Shown: positions 26,395 through 40,828, numbered from the stretch's first letter. The stretch is DNA of 64,000 bases from the human T2T-CHM13v2.0 reference genome, Homo sapiens (GCF_009914755.1 NC_060925.1); one strand, 5' to 3'. Notes: generated from the sequence alone by a model not told the origin. A program made the numbers and translations.

Positions 26395-27265
26395 TTAATG
26401 ACTAATGTTATTATATTGCGTTGTTTGTTTGTAAATATCTTTTATGTCTGGCTCCATAGAAGAAAACTGGATTGTCAGGCCTGCTTCTGAGCTTTTAATC
26501 TGTTTGGATATGTTACTCCTGTTGAAGCATATGAAGAAAATCTGTTCTCCGCTATGTAGTGGAAAAAGGGGAGTACTTTAACAGTCTGTTAAGATCATCA
26601 TCTGTGAATATTCCTCTTTGATACTTCACCAAAACTTAGCAAGTGGTTGTTTATTAAAAGTTACTTACAATGCCAAAGCTGAAATCACATTAAACAAACT
26701 TCTCATATTTTGTTAATTAAAATCCCTTGGTCTGCTTTTAATTTTGAGTAGCTGTTTTGCCCTTGCATGACTTTTGCAACATTTTTCAATGGTCATTTGA
26801 AAATATAAATTCAGGGAGTTACGCAGATCTTCCAAATATTAACATATTTTGTTATGTAATATAAAAAATGCACTTATTGATATCATCATCAATCTTATTA
26901 AACAATTTTCAAGTATTGGGAAGCAGCAAGCTTATCATTTAGATACAAGTTTCCAAAATTTCAATTTTCTTTCAAAACTTTTAGTTTTATCAATGGCAGC
27001 AAACATTGTCAGTTGCTTTTCTTGATGTGCTAGGCTTATTTTATTTCTTTTTGGGAAAATGTCCCCCAAATACACAAGATTGAGTAATCATAGCTTGTCG
27101 GTTATTCTTTCAAGTAAAAATAATGTTCCACAAAGTGTCTTGTTGAGCTTGCAACCCAAACAATCACACAAATGCTTTCCCTCGACACAAAGCTTGTATC
27201 TCTATATGCAGCAAAAGTGCTGCATGTCTTCTTCCTATTTTGTCATCTAAATTATTAAATACTGA

Positions 27266-27492
27266 GCGCTCAAGACCAGCCTGGGCAACATAGTGAGACC
27301 CCATCTCTCAAAAACAGAAAAGAAAATTTAGCCTGACGTGGTGGCACATGCCTATAGTTCTAGCTACTCAGGAGTCTAAAGCAAGAGGATCCCTTAAGTC
27401 CAAGAGTTCTAGGCTGCAGTAAGCTATGATCACATCATTGCAGTCCAGCATACGTGGCATAGTGAGATCCTGTCTCTAATAAAAAATTAATA
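27266..27492 (+). mobile_element. 5'-truncated AluJ (Jo-like)
   Basis: 'caagaccagcctgggcaacatagtgagacc..ggctgcagtaagctatgat'. Confidence 0.88.
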
Positions 27493-30400
27493 ATAATATT
27501 ATTCAATATTGTACTCAAGGATTCAGTTTTAATAAAATTAATAATCTTTACTCTTTTATTAAGATATTTCTAAGTGAAACAGGATTTTGCAAAAACTGTG
27601 TGAGGCAACTGAAAAGCACAATAACTATCTAATACAGTGGATGCCATTGCCTTGATTTTGCTAAGGCACCGGAAGTCTTACCCACCACTGCTTTTGCACA
27701 ATCCATGCAACAGTCAACAAAATGAAAAAGGTAAATGTCTTAGTATTATTATGAAAAAATGTTTGACCCTGCAGATCCCCTGAAACCATTATGGGTTCTT
27801 AGGAACCCTGAAGATTCTGCATTTCACACTTTGAGAACCACCGGTGTAGATGATACAAGGAGAAGAACCTGTGAGGGGAGGTTGAAAGGTTTGGGAAACA
27901 GACTTTGTAGAGAGAGAAGCTGGCTAATCAAAGCCTTAGTATGTGCCTTAAGTAGTTTCAGTGAAGGGAAAGGCTGCAGACATCTTGGATGCCCAATACA
28001 CCAATTTTAACGTTGGATTTCCCTAGGATAAGGATGTGCGTTTCCTTCAGGAGTCATTTTTCTAACTGCAATTTTTGAACTTAGTATTTTGAGCACAGTG
28101 ATATCTATTTCTCTGGGCAGAATTTAAAGAAAGAGTGAATAGGAAATGGTAGGAGGGAATTACAGTCATCCAGCTGAAAATAGAGATTTAAAAAGAATCT
28201 CGCAAAACAAAGCCTTCTTAAAGAGCGAGCTTATATTATGAACACAGAAGCTTCAGAGAATCCAGGTTCAGAGTGGAGTGTTGACAGAGGCAGGACTAGA
28301 GAAGCAGAAGAAGGCTGTTCTGCAGTAATTAAAACTAAACTGAAGAAGCTGAAAGATGCTTGTAATTCTGTGTTTTCATAGCAGTGGGTTCAAGCTGCCA
28401 TGGAAGAGGCTCTATTCGCATTTACATTACAAATCTCATTTCTTCAGAGGTCATAGCTCAAGCTGAAAATTCACTTCTAGTGAAAACTCCATCCCGTTTT
28501 GTTGGCCAGTGTCACAAATGGAATGCTGCTTAGGTTTATTTTAGTTGTCTAAATATTGTAGGGTTGCCTGGTAATAAATCAGCTTTATGCAGTATTTTTC
28601 TACTATTTATCTGTAATCATCTTGAAACACTAGGGTTTCTTGCATTTAGGTAGAATCCTGTATTATATACAGATCACTGATAAAAAGATATTTTCATGTT
28701 GTGAAACAGGTTAACAAGAAAGAATATTACTCGCCATTCATCTTTCTGCCTCCAGCAAAGCATATCTTCCAGAGAGATAGCCGTTGATGTCTTTTTTAAA
28801 TGCAGTGGTAATTTCCCCCCCAAGATTATTGCCATATGGATGGAAACTTGTGGTAGAAAGTTATCCTAAGCTTCAAATTTCATTCATACTTTGCGATTTT
28901 CCTGGCATCACCATTTCTTTAAGCATAGTTAAATTATATTGTGTAGAATCTTTCATATGGTCCAATATGCAGTTATTTCTGGGACAAAGTTAGCATTTGG
29001 TAGTATTTCCTGCCAAGGAATTTTGCAAAGGAAATTGCTATGCTGTGGTATTGCATGAAGGATGTAATTTGCTGGGGTACTGAATACCTACCACAATGAA
29101 TAAAAATACGTACTCACAGCAGAAAAAAAATCCTGGACTAGAAAAACCTGCCTTGTTCTTCTTCCCTCTGTGAGTCACAGTCAGGCTGGAAAGAGGACAA
29201 GTACACAGCTCTGGAGAGAAAAGTAAACGAGATCAGGTGCTCATGTCATGATTACACTCAGGTGGAAGAAAATACTTTTCGAGTCTGGAATGTTCTAGAC
29301 ACCCACATGTGGCTTTGTAATTAATATGGTGATTGAACACATTTATAAAATTCTGGGCAAGGAACAGAAGATAGATTAATGGAAAAACTTTCCATTAGTG
29401 TAGTCTGCTAAGAAAACCCCAGAGATTTCTCAAAGTTCTTTTTGGAATATCTCATTTGGAGGCTTACATAAGAAGAATCATAGAAAGAAAACATCGTAGT
29501 GATAAGGGGTCTTGGAAATGGTTCATTTCTAACCCTTCATTTCCTAGGCAAAGTGTATTTTCAGCATTTTAGAATCGTATCAAATGAGAGTGAACCTCTA
29601 GGTGAAAAATGGGCCAGGGAACTTGAATTTCTTTTGAGCCCTAAGTTTTCATGTTTTAATAAAAATAGATATAAAAGTACTTTCGTTGAAATAAAAGCCC
29701 TCCATAAATTCTAGAGATTTTAGTTATCTTAGCTGTTGGTTAGATGCCATAGAGTGAGACAGTAACAATAAAACCAGATCTACACTGGCTGAAAAAATGT
29801 TGTCTTTGTCTATGGAGCCTTCCAAGGGAGGTAAAAGCAGCTTTGGCCTGCTGACTGGTCAACGGGGAGCACTTGAAAAGAGCTTAGAATTTCCAAATCG
29901 ACACAAAAGCAGTATAGGTGTCACTTCAATCTCATATAACCTTAAAAAAAAACCCTTGTTCTCTTTTTGATTCTGAATGAATATGGCCTAAAAAGAGGCC
30001 ATGGGAAAGCAGGATGATATTTGCATACTCACCATGAAGACTGTACTTGTAATATATTCTTAATATTGAAGTCTTTGTTTTTAGAAAGGTGAAATACACC
30101 TCTCCCTCCCCTAATACATTCCAAGCTGAAACATGGTACCAAGAGCTTCATCCTGCACAGTTTCATTATTAACAGTGCTATCATTAATGCAAATGTTGAC
30201 ACATTATCTGCACAACCATTTTCTAGTAAGGAAATCCACAAATAATATTTGACATCTTGTTTACATAGCAGCTACAGTGTGTATTTTTCACTCTTCTTTA
30301 TATCTTTACTGCATATTGGAGCTCCACATCATTTTGGCCTAGTTCAAAATCTTTTAATATGCAAACCTGAATCAACATCAAAGGAAAAATCAGCTTCAAA

Positions 30401-32839
30401 ATGATTTTCCACACTAATAGTCTTTTGCATCTACACCAAATATTATCACATTGATTACTATACATTTTTAAGATTCCATGGTTTCATAACGCTTTTTCTG
30501 ACCATTAATATGATGTATGGACTTTCACAATATGTTTCTTGGGCATAATTTTTAAATAAGTTTTCATTTTCTTTTTTAAAATATAAACAATTAAATGTAC
30601 ATTTTTTCATCATAATCTAGGCTTTTCTAAGATCAGGGTGTTAATGATACTTCAATTATTTTAAACCATTGTTTGCAATACAATTAAGCAGACATCGTGA
30701 ATCTTTAACATTAAGATTTCCTCTATATGAAGAAATTATATAACCATTGCAAAAGTGCTATCAATTCTGCAGGATTTTAATCAGAAACAATCTTTTAAGA
30801 GCCATACTTCACCATAGGATGCAAACATCTTGTCTCCTAAGAAAAGCATTGTAGAGAGGGTTTGCTAATTGATTTTTCCTTAAGAACAATCTGTTTCTTT
30901 TCCAGTTTATTATAGGAAACACTGGCATTTGTCATTTTTCCAATATTTGGAGCTTGCTGCCTTAATAAATGCACATATCAGATGATGCTCTCTCCCTGTC
31001 TGATGGGCGGATGGTGTTGGGCAGAGGAAGGTCACAATGATGCTAAATTTGCTGCTGAGCAAAGGATCAAAGTGTAAATGGAATCCAGAAAGCTGGGAAA
31101 TGTAAGTGTGCCAGTGTAAATAATCTATTAATTATTGACAGCTAAGAGACTGAAAATTCCTATTTAGTCATGACATCTTTATTTTCATACTGATGGAATC
31201 ATTTCTGGCATTTTTAAAATTAAAGGTTTTTTTTTTACTGTAGATATAAAATATTTCAATTTATAGTACATCTCTGCTGGTGTTTTCTTCTTCTTTTGAC
31301 ATTTTTGTCTGATTTCCACATATTAAAACAATATCAGATATGACAAAAGGCAAGAAGAGCTCCAAGTATGAAAAATAGAACAATGGTGTTAGGGTTGCCT
31401 ATACATTAAAAAAAAAATCTGTTCCAACACAGAGGGAAAACAAACCTCCAGGTACAAAGTAAGTGATGTTTGAGAAGCTTCAGGCATGTTAGCTATTTAT
31501 AGAAAGCAAGTGACATTGAAGGTGCTGACACTTATGAGACCATTTAGCAGATGTTACAGGAGTATAAGCCGTTTTTCAAACATTTTCAAATATATCGAAG
31601 AAAAGTACAAAGCAAACATGAAATACATTAGGGTCCTTGCTGTAAGTTTTTGAAATTATTATTATAAAGTGGACAATGATATAAAACCTTAATATGTTCA
31701 GTTTTTATGTCTATAACCTTATCAAAGTTAATTTTAATATTATTTTCAGAATTAGCTATTTGTTTAACTGAAGTAACTGACACTCCGCTCATCACAGTTT
31801 AACTGGATAGAGTATAAATTTAGCCTAAAAAAAAAGGTTGGTACCATGCCAGACATTTGGGAACTTCTGAGGCACAGTGGGTTGGTGCCCCCGACACGTG
31901 GGGGAGCAGCTTTTATTAACAGCACACTTCCATTGGCGAGGTAACGTGCAGACCTTTGATAACTATAAAGGCCCTCTCTTCTGGGTTTCTTAACAAACTA
32001 AAAGGTTGAATCAGGTTCCCTGAAGTTTGTGAACCCCTTTTTGTACATTTGAGTCAAGTTTGAAGCCCAAATGGGCCAATTTATGTTTTCAGGTTAGTTT
32101 TGCTTTGAGTTGAGGAAATATGTTTCAACCTTCCATTCAACAACCAAACTCAAGGGGTGTGAACAACGGTGAACTGTTCACACAAGCCTCTGCACACCTC
32201 CACTGCTGTGTTTCCTACTGCTGGACTGCTGGTCCGAACTGGCCTCAAAGGACTTGACACCAGAAGGAGGTCTTTCATGTTTCTCTAGCTTTGATTTCAC
32301 ACTCTCGGCTACTGATCATTTATGATAAACTGGAGCCTTTTGAGGTGAGCAAGGCAATGTCATGGTTACTGCCTAGATTTGAAATGACACTATATTGATG
32401 CATTTTACAACTGGAACATATATTAAAAATATATATATAGATAGAATATGTATAAGATATATTCTTTTAAAAAGAAATGTTTTAGATAATATGTCCGAGA
32501 TAGAGAGTGAAAGAAAAAGAATAGGAAGAGTTCCTATGGAATACATTTCAGTGTAAGGAGTTTTATATAGTTTGTTTAAAAGAAGGCAGGAAGGGTAAGT
32601 AAAAAGAAAATGCTATCAGAGTTTATGCAAATTGAAAACCATTATTCCTAATAGAATCACATAGTAAGAATGAGTCTCTGTATCTTGTCTTTAGTTTGGA
32701 TTTTTTTGTCCTTGGGGAGATGCTGTGTGTTGTGTGTCTTACAACAAAAGCATCTGAATTGGAAAAATATGTATCCATCCTTACTGCTGGTAACAAGGGA
32801 GACAGCCCAGCCACAGCCCTCCTGGTGAAATGCTCATTC

Positions 32840-32858
32840 TGTCCAGCAGAGGGCACTA
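32840..32858 (+). promoter_or_regulatory. CTCF-binding motif
   Basis: TGTCCAGCAGAGGGCACTA fits the core CCASYAGRKGGCRS at all positions; lies in non-repeat sequence. Confidence 0.65.
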
Positions 32859-32921
32859 GCAACTAGTGCACACCAGTCAACACATCATGGTCTTTCCCGT
32901 ATGATAAATAACCATATTTTC

Positions 32922-33017
32922 TTTTTTAAAAATTTAACTTAATTTAATTTAAAGTTCCAGGATTCATGTACAGGACGTGCAGGTTTGTTACACAGGTAAA
33001 CGTGTGCCATGGTGGCG
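32922..33017 (-). mobile_element. Extremely 5'-truncated L1PA 3' end (~96 bp) with TSD
   Basis: 'aagttccaggattcatgtacaggacgtgcaggtttgttacacaggtaaacgtgtgccatggtgg'; TSD aataaccat(a/g)ttttc at 32907-32921 and 33018-33032. Confidence 0.88.
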
Positions 33018-33022
33018 AATAA

Positions 33023-33408
<386 letters not shown>

Positions 33409-34164
33409 TGAACATTTCAGATTCCTCTAGCTTCAATGAAAATATCAATATCCAATTCAAAGCACTCTCTCAATGTCCAGGACGGGTCTTTTAAAACAAA
33501 TCCACACAGCCCTTTCCATACTTCTGAATAAAATGAACTTTCCTGACTTTCCTCACATGCACACTTCTGCTCATTTCAGCAGGATTCCAAAGCAGAGAGA
33601 CAGCATCCGGAATGCCTGAGATCTTCGGGTGAACGGAAGAGGTGCTTCAGAATGTTTAAGACCCTTGGCTCTGCTACTGCCGTACGAACTTCTTACGGAG
33701 GAGACCTGATCAAAGTCAAACAAACCTTGATTTTACAGGAACACTGCAACGTTTTTAAGTAGCCATATCTTTACATATTTAAATATTATTTAAGTAACCA
33801 TCATAAACATATTCAAATAATTAGATTTATTTGAAAGTCTGCTGTATGTTGATCAGTATAATTCCTTGGAGAGTGACAAATATTTCAAATATATTGCCAC
33901 AATATCATTGTAAAAGTTTAACTAAAGGAATTTGGCCCTTTTTATTACCCTGAACAAGAATGTGCAAAACAAAGATGCAATGGACTGTATATATCTTAAC
34001 TGTTGCTGAGTAAACTTACCAATAAAAGCCAATAGCAATATCTCCAGATCATTGACAAGAAAGAGTTCCTTGCAATATCTTTATATATTAGCCTTATTGA
34101 ATGATGGTTACATAAATATAAATTGTAAGAATGTTTTTATTGAAAGGAAAACTTACAGGGCATT

Positions 34165-34240
34165 TAAATTATATTTATATAATTTATATACATTTATATT
34201 TATAAATTTAAATTTATACAATTTATATACAAATTTTTAA
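34165..34240. repeat. AT-rich low-complexity tract
   Basis: (tttata/aatttata)-like degenerate repeats. Confidence 0.7.
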
Positions 34241-34964
34241 CTTTGGATGTTTGTGATTTTTCTGTCTCTTTTTCTTGGGGGGGAGTGGGGACCTAAACCC
34301 TATGGAGATGTATAATGATTTAAAAAAATAAAAACATGAATGTAAACTGTGTATCACTGAAATGACGTATTTTACTACAGAACTATACCTTCTATGGCTT
34401 CCACTAAAAATATAGGATACATTGGTCTATCGGTCAGAGTTTTGAATTTTTTTTTTCAATCATTGGTTTATAAATAGCATCCATCTTGCTTTCCATCACA
34501 ATCATGCCTGAGTGAGTGTAGAAAAAGTTGCATTCAGGAATATGGTAAAATGTTACAGGAAGATTTATGCCATTTTGAATGGATTGTTTCAGGTTGCCTG
34601 AATTTTTAATACCCCTTTCTTGTCACAGAGAAGAGAACTTTGTTATTTTTGGCTTTCATTAGAGTTCTCACTTCAGAGTTGGTTAGTATGGGTTTCTGCT
34701 TTCCAAGCTGACATCTCTTTTCTATTTAGCATCTGTTACATAAACAGGGTGAATAGCTACACGGTTCCAAAATTGTGAGTGAAGCAGCTAACCCCCTTCT
34801 TCCTCACTAGCCAACATAACTGACAGCACTTAGCTCTCTCCATCCCTGCTGTCTTAGCTCTGAAGGGACTCCGTAGCACTGCCTGCCTGACTCCGCGCCA
34901 CTGACGGCAGGCAGTGTTGTTGGGAAGAGAGCAAAGGCAGGGAGTCTGGTGGTGTGACGATGAA

Positions 34965-35075
34965 GATAATAAAGGAAATTATTAATGCGTCTACAGTATT
35001 TTTTGCATATTTATCTTACTGATCCTCACACCATCCCTCTGAGAAACATGTTATTATTATTACCTCACATTTTTA
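34965..35075 (-). mobile_element. MIR fragment
   Basis: 'atttatcttactgatcctcacaccatccctctgag..ttattattattacc'. Confidence 0.55.
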
Positions 35076-35214
35076 GTATTCTGTGTACATATTTTTAAGT
35101 TCTATGTACATATTTGTAAAAAAAATTTAAGTAAAGCAGGAGAGAAGAAATACTCTAGATAGGAGAATTTTTTTTTCCACTCTTTTGCAGACAGTGTTAA
35201 GGCAGGGGTTGGGC

Positions 35215-35430
35215 AAATCAAAATGCCTTAAACACAGAGGAAAATATTTATCTTACGCAACAAGAAGCTTAACATAGGCAGTCCAGGGCACAATGATGTC
35301 CTCAGTACTAAGCACTAGCTGTCATATTTCTGCTCTGCTGTCCTCATAGGGCACTGATTCATCCTCAGCTTGGGTGTTCATAGTCATAAGTTGGCTGCTG
35401 CTCTTCGGGGGTCGCAGTCACGTTGTCACA
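35215..35430 (-). mobile_element. Old MLT1 (J/K-like) LTR fragment
   Basis: 'caacaagaag..taggcagtccaggg..aatgatgtc..tttctgctctgctgtcctca..catagtcataagttggctgc'. Confidence 0.6.
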
Positions 35431-36084
35431 TAACACAGGTTCTAGCACAGGCTCTTGAAGATAGCAAAGACCAAAGAAGTCTTGTGTGTCAAATTGAACT
35501 GCACCACCTCTGAGTTCCAGGGTTGGTTTAATTCTCTGGCTCCACATAGAAGCAAGATGGCTCTAGTCTTTCCTGCCACTCAGATGCAAGCACATCATAA
35601 AACAAATGAACAAACAAATCAAAAATTCCATGAGGCTCAGAGACTTTAAATAATTTGTTCCTGGATTTTGAGGCATGTATGGAATATGGTGCCCCTTGTT
35701 CTGTCTCCAAGTACGGTGCTCTGCCGTGAAAGGTGTTTGGGTTAAGAGAAGGCAGCTCTCTCAGGTATCTGCCGATTTGCACAGGCTTCTTTGTACACAA
35801 TAGGCACTCAGCATCCACTGATTTGATTTTAGGCTTAAAAATGAAATTAAAATGGAGCTACCTTGGGCTGTTTGGCTTTGTTCTCTCTCTGGCATTTTCC
35901 TGTGTTAAGTTTAATTGCATTTGAACCAGACTCCACTGTTCTGGTTCAGGACAATGTCCAGAACCCAGACAGCTTTTTCTGATCTGTTTAACTCTCTGCT
36001 AACATCCACACAGATGGAGAAAATCAGAATCAGTGGACTCATTCTATTGTTTCAGGATCCTGGACCCCCTCTGTAATCAGCCAA

Positions 36085-36330
36085 TTCATCTACCCTTTTT
36101 GAGCACCTCCACAGTACTACTCCATTCTAGCTGCTTCAAAGTATACAAGATGTAGTGCTTTTTGTCCATGTACTTACAGTGTATTTGGAGAAACATGTCA
36201 AGTACATGTGAACAATTTGCTAACTAACAATTTTAAGGTGCATTATATGCATCAGATAAATAAGCTCTATGGGAAGTCCAGTGCACAAATAGACATAAGA
36301 TGTGGGCTGGCCCTTGGCAGATGAACCGGT
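36085..36330 (-). mobile_element. L2 fragment
   Basis: 'ttttgagcacctcc..tacttacagtgtatttggaga..gctctatgggaag'. Confidence 0.45.
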
Positions 36331-36934
36331 CACAAGAAGCTCTACTCAAATTTTATGAACATGGGGTTTCTCAGATACCTGCCTGCTGCACCACCTGGTG
36401 AGAATGGAATTGAGGCAAACCTAGGGCCTGGAAAATTAGGGCAATTGCTTAGGGCTATGAACTCTATGCAGTGGGAGAGCGATTCAGAGAGTCAGTCTTG
36501 AGGGGCAAAGGAGGATTTCTATTTAGGTAGATTTAACTAAGACATAAAGTTTGAGGGATATTTTCAAACAAAGAATCAACCAGTATATGTACTCATTATG
36601 CCCAACACAGAGCCCCCCTCAGGCAACACAGCCCTCTTTGTGACTTAATTAATAAACCTGATTTTACTTGCCTATAAATCTTACCAGGAGTAGGGGGTCA
36701 TTGGACTTGACAGCAAGAATTTTCTGTTTTGTTACTGTTTCTGCACAGCCTCTGAAGCTTGGATTAGAAAGAGAGGTGCCGATTTGGAAGTCAACAACAC
36801 AGAGGTGGCTATTAACACCAGAAGAGTAGATGAGCCATGAAGGCAAGAAATTCCATACAGAGGGGAAGGCTAGAGATAGAACCTAGAGGATCGCCAACCA
36901 CAGTTCCTCTTAACCACAGACATGACTGTGGTCT

Positions 36935-37045
36935 TTGATGCTTCATTTGTAGAGTAAGGACAATGATAGTATCTACCCCATAGAGCTATTTGAAGGTTTA
37001 GTGAGTTAATAAATGCAAAGCACTGGACAATTGCTTCATAGATAG
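36935..37045 (+). mobile_element. MIR fragment
   Basis: 'catttgtagagtaaggacaatgatagtatctaccccatagagctatttgaaggtttagtgagttaataaatgcaaagcactgg'. Confidence 0.7.
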
Positions 37046-38777
37046 ACAACACTCAATACTGTTATCAAGATGAATCAAATTCTCACTCCCCCTCTCCCAT
37101 TCTCCTCTCTCTGCACTTTTCTCCTGTGCCCATGAAACTGCCCTCCTGCCTGTAAACCTTCGCCGGATGTTTAGAACCCTCTGCCAAACATTTCTTGAGT
37201 GATGGGTGGACCTCCAGGCCTTTTTCTTTACTTTCCACAATCAAAATTTAACTGTTTCATTTTAAATTCCACCAACTCTACCATGGGTGTTAGCATTTTA
37301 ACCAGACAATGCCTTCATGTGAAAGAATGTCTGTATTGCTGAGATTTTGGTCTCTAACAGTGATTTCTAGATACAGGGCTCTCTTTGTACACCCTCCTCA
37401 AAACACACTTGTAAGCAACCTCCTACTCGTGAGACCTCGAAAGTGGGAAAGGAGACAGCAGTAAGGACGATACAGAAATAGGCACAGAGAAACCAGCAGG
37501 TACCAAGGATGTCATCAAGCAATTTCCACAGAAAGCAAGCATGGATTAAAAGAGAGAAGCCAACAAATTTGTGGTCATTTGAAGCCTAAAGACACATTTT
37601 AAAACATTTCTTAATTTCTTTAAGTTTCTATCTTTTTTCCTCCTATGGAAGAAATCTACCCAATATAACATAAACCACTAATACTGTTCTCTAGGCAGAA
37701 CATAGTTCCGTGAGCCAATGCAGGCTGGTTTCAGGGAAACTAACAACATTATTGATTTTAGTCAGGCTTATTAGAATCAGTGTTACATGCCCTTTTCCTC
37801 TACCAGATTGTATTTGGACTTCATTATGAAATCTCATTACATTAAGAGGAGGCTGCGATGAGTTCTGTAAATAAAAAATTTCCAAAGATGGATTTGTTAA
37901 AATTAGTATATCTGTGAAATCTGCTTTGGGTATCAATCTGTCAAGAAAGGGAATCATATATTTTCTGATTAGACCTTGCTTTTTAAAAAATATTGGGAAT
38001 ATTCACCAATTCTAGCAGCATACAGGAAAGCTTCCCTTGTTTTCCTGTTAGGAACTCCTGTGCAACATATTGTCACAGAACCTGGGTGAGACATCGCATC
38101 ACATAATGATTACAGACAGCTTGAAGGGATGAACATGGCTTTTTCCTCTCCATGCAGCTCAGTAACACAATAGGCTCGTGAATCCCAAACTGAGAGCTAT
38201 GAAAATGGAGTCAAGTCTGTAGCTGGCAATGCCTGGGATTTTTAGTGCAGGAATACGGAGGACTAAAAGAGATTCGAAACACCCAACCCTTCCATTTCTG
38301 CTTCAATATGTGGCGTATCATTTGGATTAGGCAACTTAAGTGAATTGATAAAATTGATGAAAATGAACTGATAGAGGAAATTACTTTTCCAAAACAAACA
38401 ATTGCAATATGTACTTTTCTCTTAGACACTCACTCCTGTGTCTGTTTATTCAGTATCTGCACGCACAACCTTGTAAATACTGAAGAAAATGATGAAAACT
38501 GTTTAGTCAGACAGCTTAGTGCTTTCTCGTCCAAAATTATAACCACAAACTCAACACCAAACCAAGTAGTGTGGTTTCACTGAGAACTGAGAGAGCAGTT
38601 GTGGGATTTTCATTTAAGAGGCAGGGAATGATAAGGCATTAGAGTGAACAAGTGCTGTCGCAAACCTCTTCCCTGCATCTCTCTATCTGCTGCCCTGGTA
38701 GAACCCTGTATCCCCTTGATCCCAGAATGCTTCCCTCCCTCCCTCCCACCCAGGTGACATTTAAGACCTCTCTTGTT

Positions 38778-39411
<634 letters not shown>

Positions 39412-40220
39412 ACCTCTCTTGTTCAGGGCATTGTTACAATTTATTGGATTCATTCTGATAAGGGAGAAAGACCTAAGCATGGAGATACAGAGTAGAATAT
39501 TACAGTGTGGGAGAGTCACACAGACAGGTTGGGAGAACTCTCAGGACTCAGATCTCCTGGTGCAGGGTAGGAGTTGCAGTGACAGGTTGATTTCTCCCAT
39601 CTCTTCCGACATGGGTTTCCCCATGTGCCACTCCCTGTAGATTAGTAGTGGGGTCACGAATATACTCAAACCACACTAGCATGCTGGGACAATGTGTGTC
39701 TTTGTGTTCTGTAATTGATCTGAGTCTCCTTTATGAGCCCCCTCTCTCCTGAATACTTCAAGTTGCCAGTTAGCAAGATATCAGTCACCTCTGCTTTAAC
39801 CAGTCTCACTTCAGCCTCTGGTTCATCCATCTGGCCTCTTCCCAGGGCTGCCTCTGTGCTACTGATCCTGCACCATGGGGAATTGGCTTGGTTCCAAAGG
39901 CTGAGGATGTCCTAGGGACCTGGAGTCTCAAATAGCATGCTGGCACTTGTCCCAGCATTCCTGAGTTCCCCGATGACTGTAAGTTTTAAGTTATCATCCC
40001 CTCTTGGGATATGACTCCATGACAGGAAGGGGGCAGAGAAGGAGAGTTGTCTGCATATCTAGATGCACTTGCACTCTCTACCTTTGCTTCTTTTCTTCCT
40101 GCTATGCCTCACTGCTGGAAATATTGGGCTTTTATTTTACTCATTCGTCCTATTTGATAGGGACTTTTCCTATATCCTGCATTCTCCTTGTAGACCCCAG
40201 CATCATAACCTCATTCCCAG

Positions 40221-40650
40221 TGATATTTTTTGGATATTTGTCCCCTTTATATCTCACGTTGAATTATAATCCTCAGTGCTGGAGGTGAGGCCTTGTGGGA
40301 GATGTTTGGATCATGGGAGCAGGTCCCTCATGGCTTGGTGGTGTCTTTGTGATCCAGAACTCTGGATCTTGAAGATAGTGAGTTCTGACAATCTGGTCAT
40401 TTGAAAGTGTGTGGCATCTCCCCCTGCACTCTCTCTCTCACTTGTTCCTCCTTTTGCCATGTAAAGTACCTGCTATTGCTTCACCTTCCATTTTGATTGC
40501 AAGCTCCCTGAGGCTTTGCCAGAAGCTGAACTAATGCCAGCACTGTTTCCTTTCAAGCCTGCAGAACTGTGAGCCAATTAAATCTCTTTTCTTTATAAAT
40601 TACCCAGTCTCAGGTATTTCTTTATAACAATGTAAGAACAGCCTAATACA
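40221..40650 (+). mobile_element. MSTB-like solo LTR (ERVL-MaLR)
   Basis: 'tgatatt..tggatatttgtcccc..gcctgcagaactgtgagccaattaaa..aaattacccagtctcaggtatttctttata..cctaataca', 430 bp. Confidence 0.9.
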
Positions 40651-40828
40651 TCCGAACATCATTAAGATTTAAAGAGAGAAACCAATTCACCAGTAGAAGA
40701 TTATAATTCAGCAGGTATTTCAAGGACATTAAACTCATTGTCCATTATGATTTTCGTAGGGGTGAAACTTGAATGGAATTATAAAATATAGGGGCTTTGT
40801 CTTTCCCATACAAGCCTTCTTCAGGATA

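Noticed and set aside
32157-32183. 9-bp inverted repeat gtgtgaaca/tgttcacac, and an 8-bp one at 10035-10054
   Set aside because: A few arms of this length are expected by chance in 64 kb, so they are not supportable individually.
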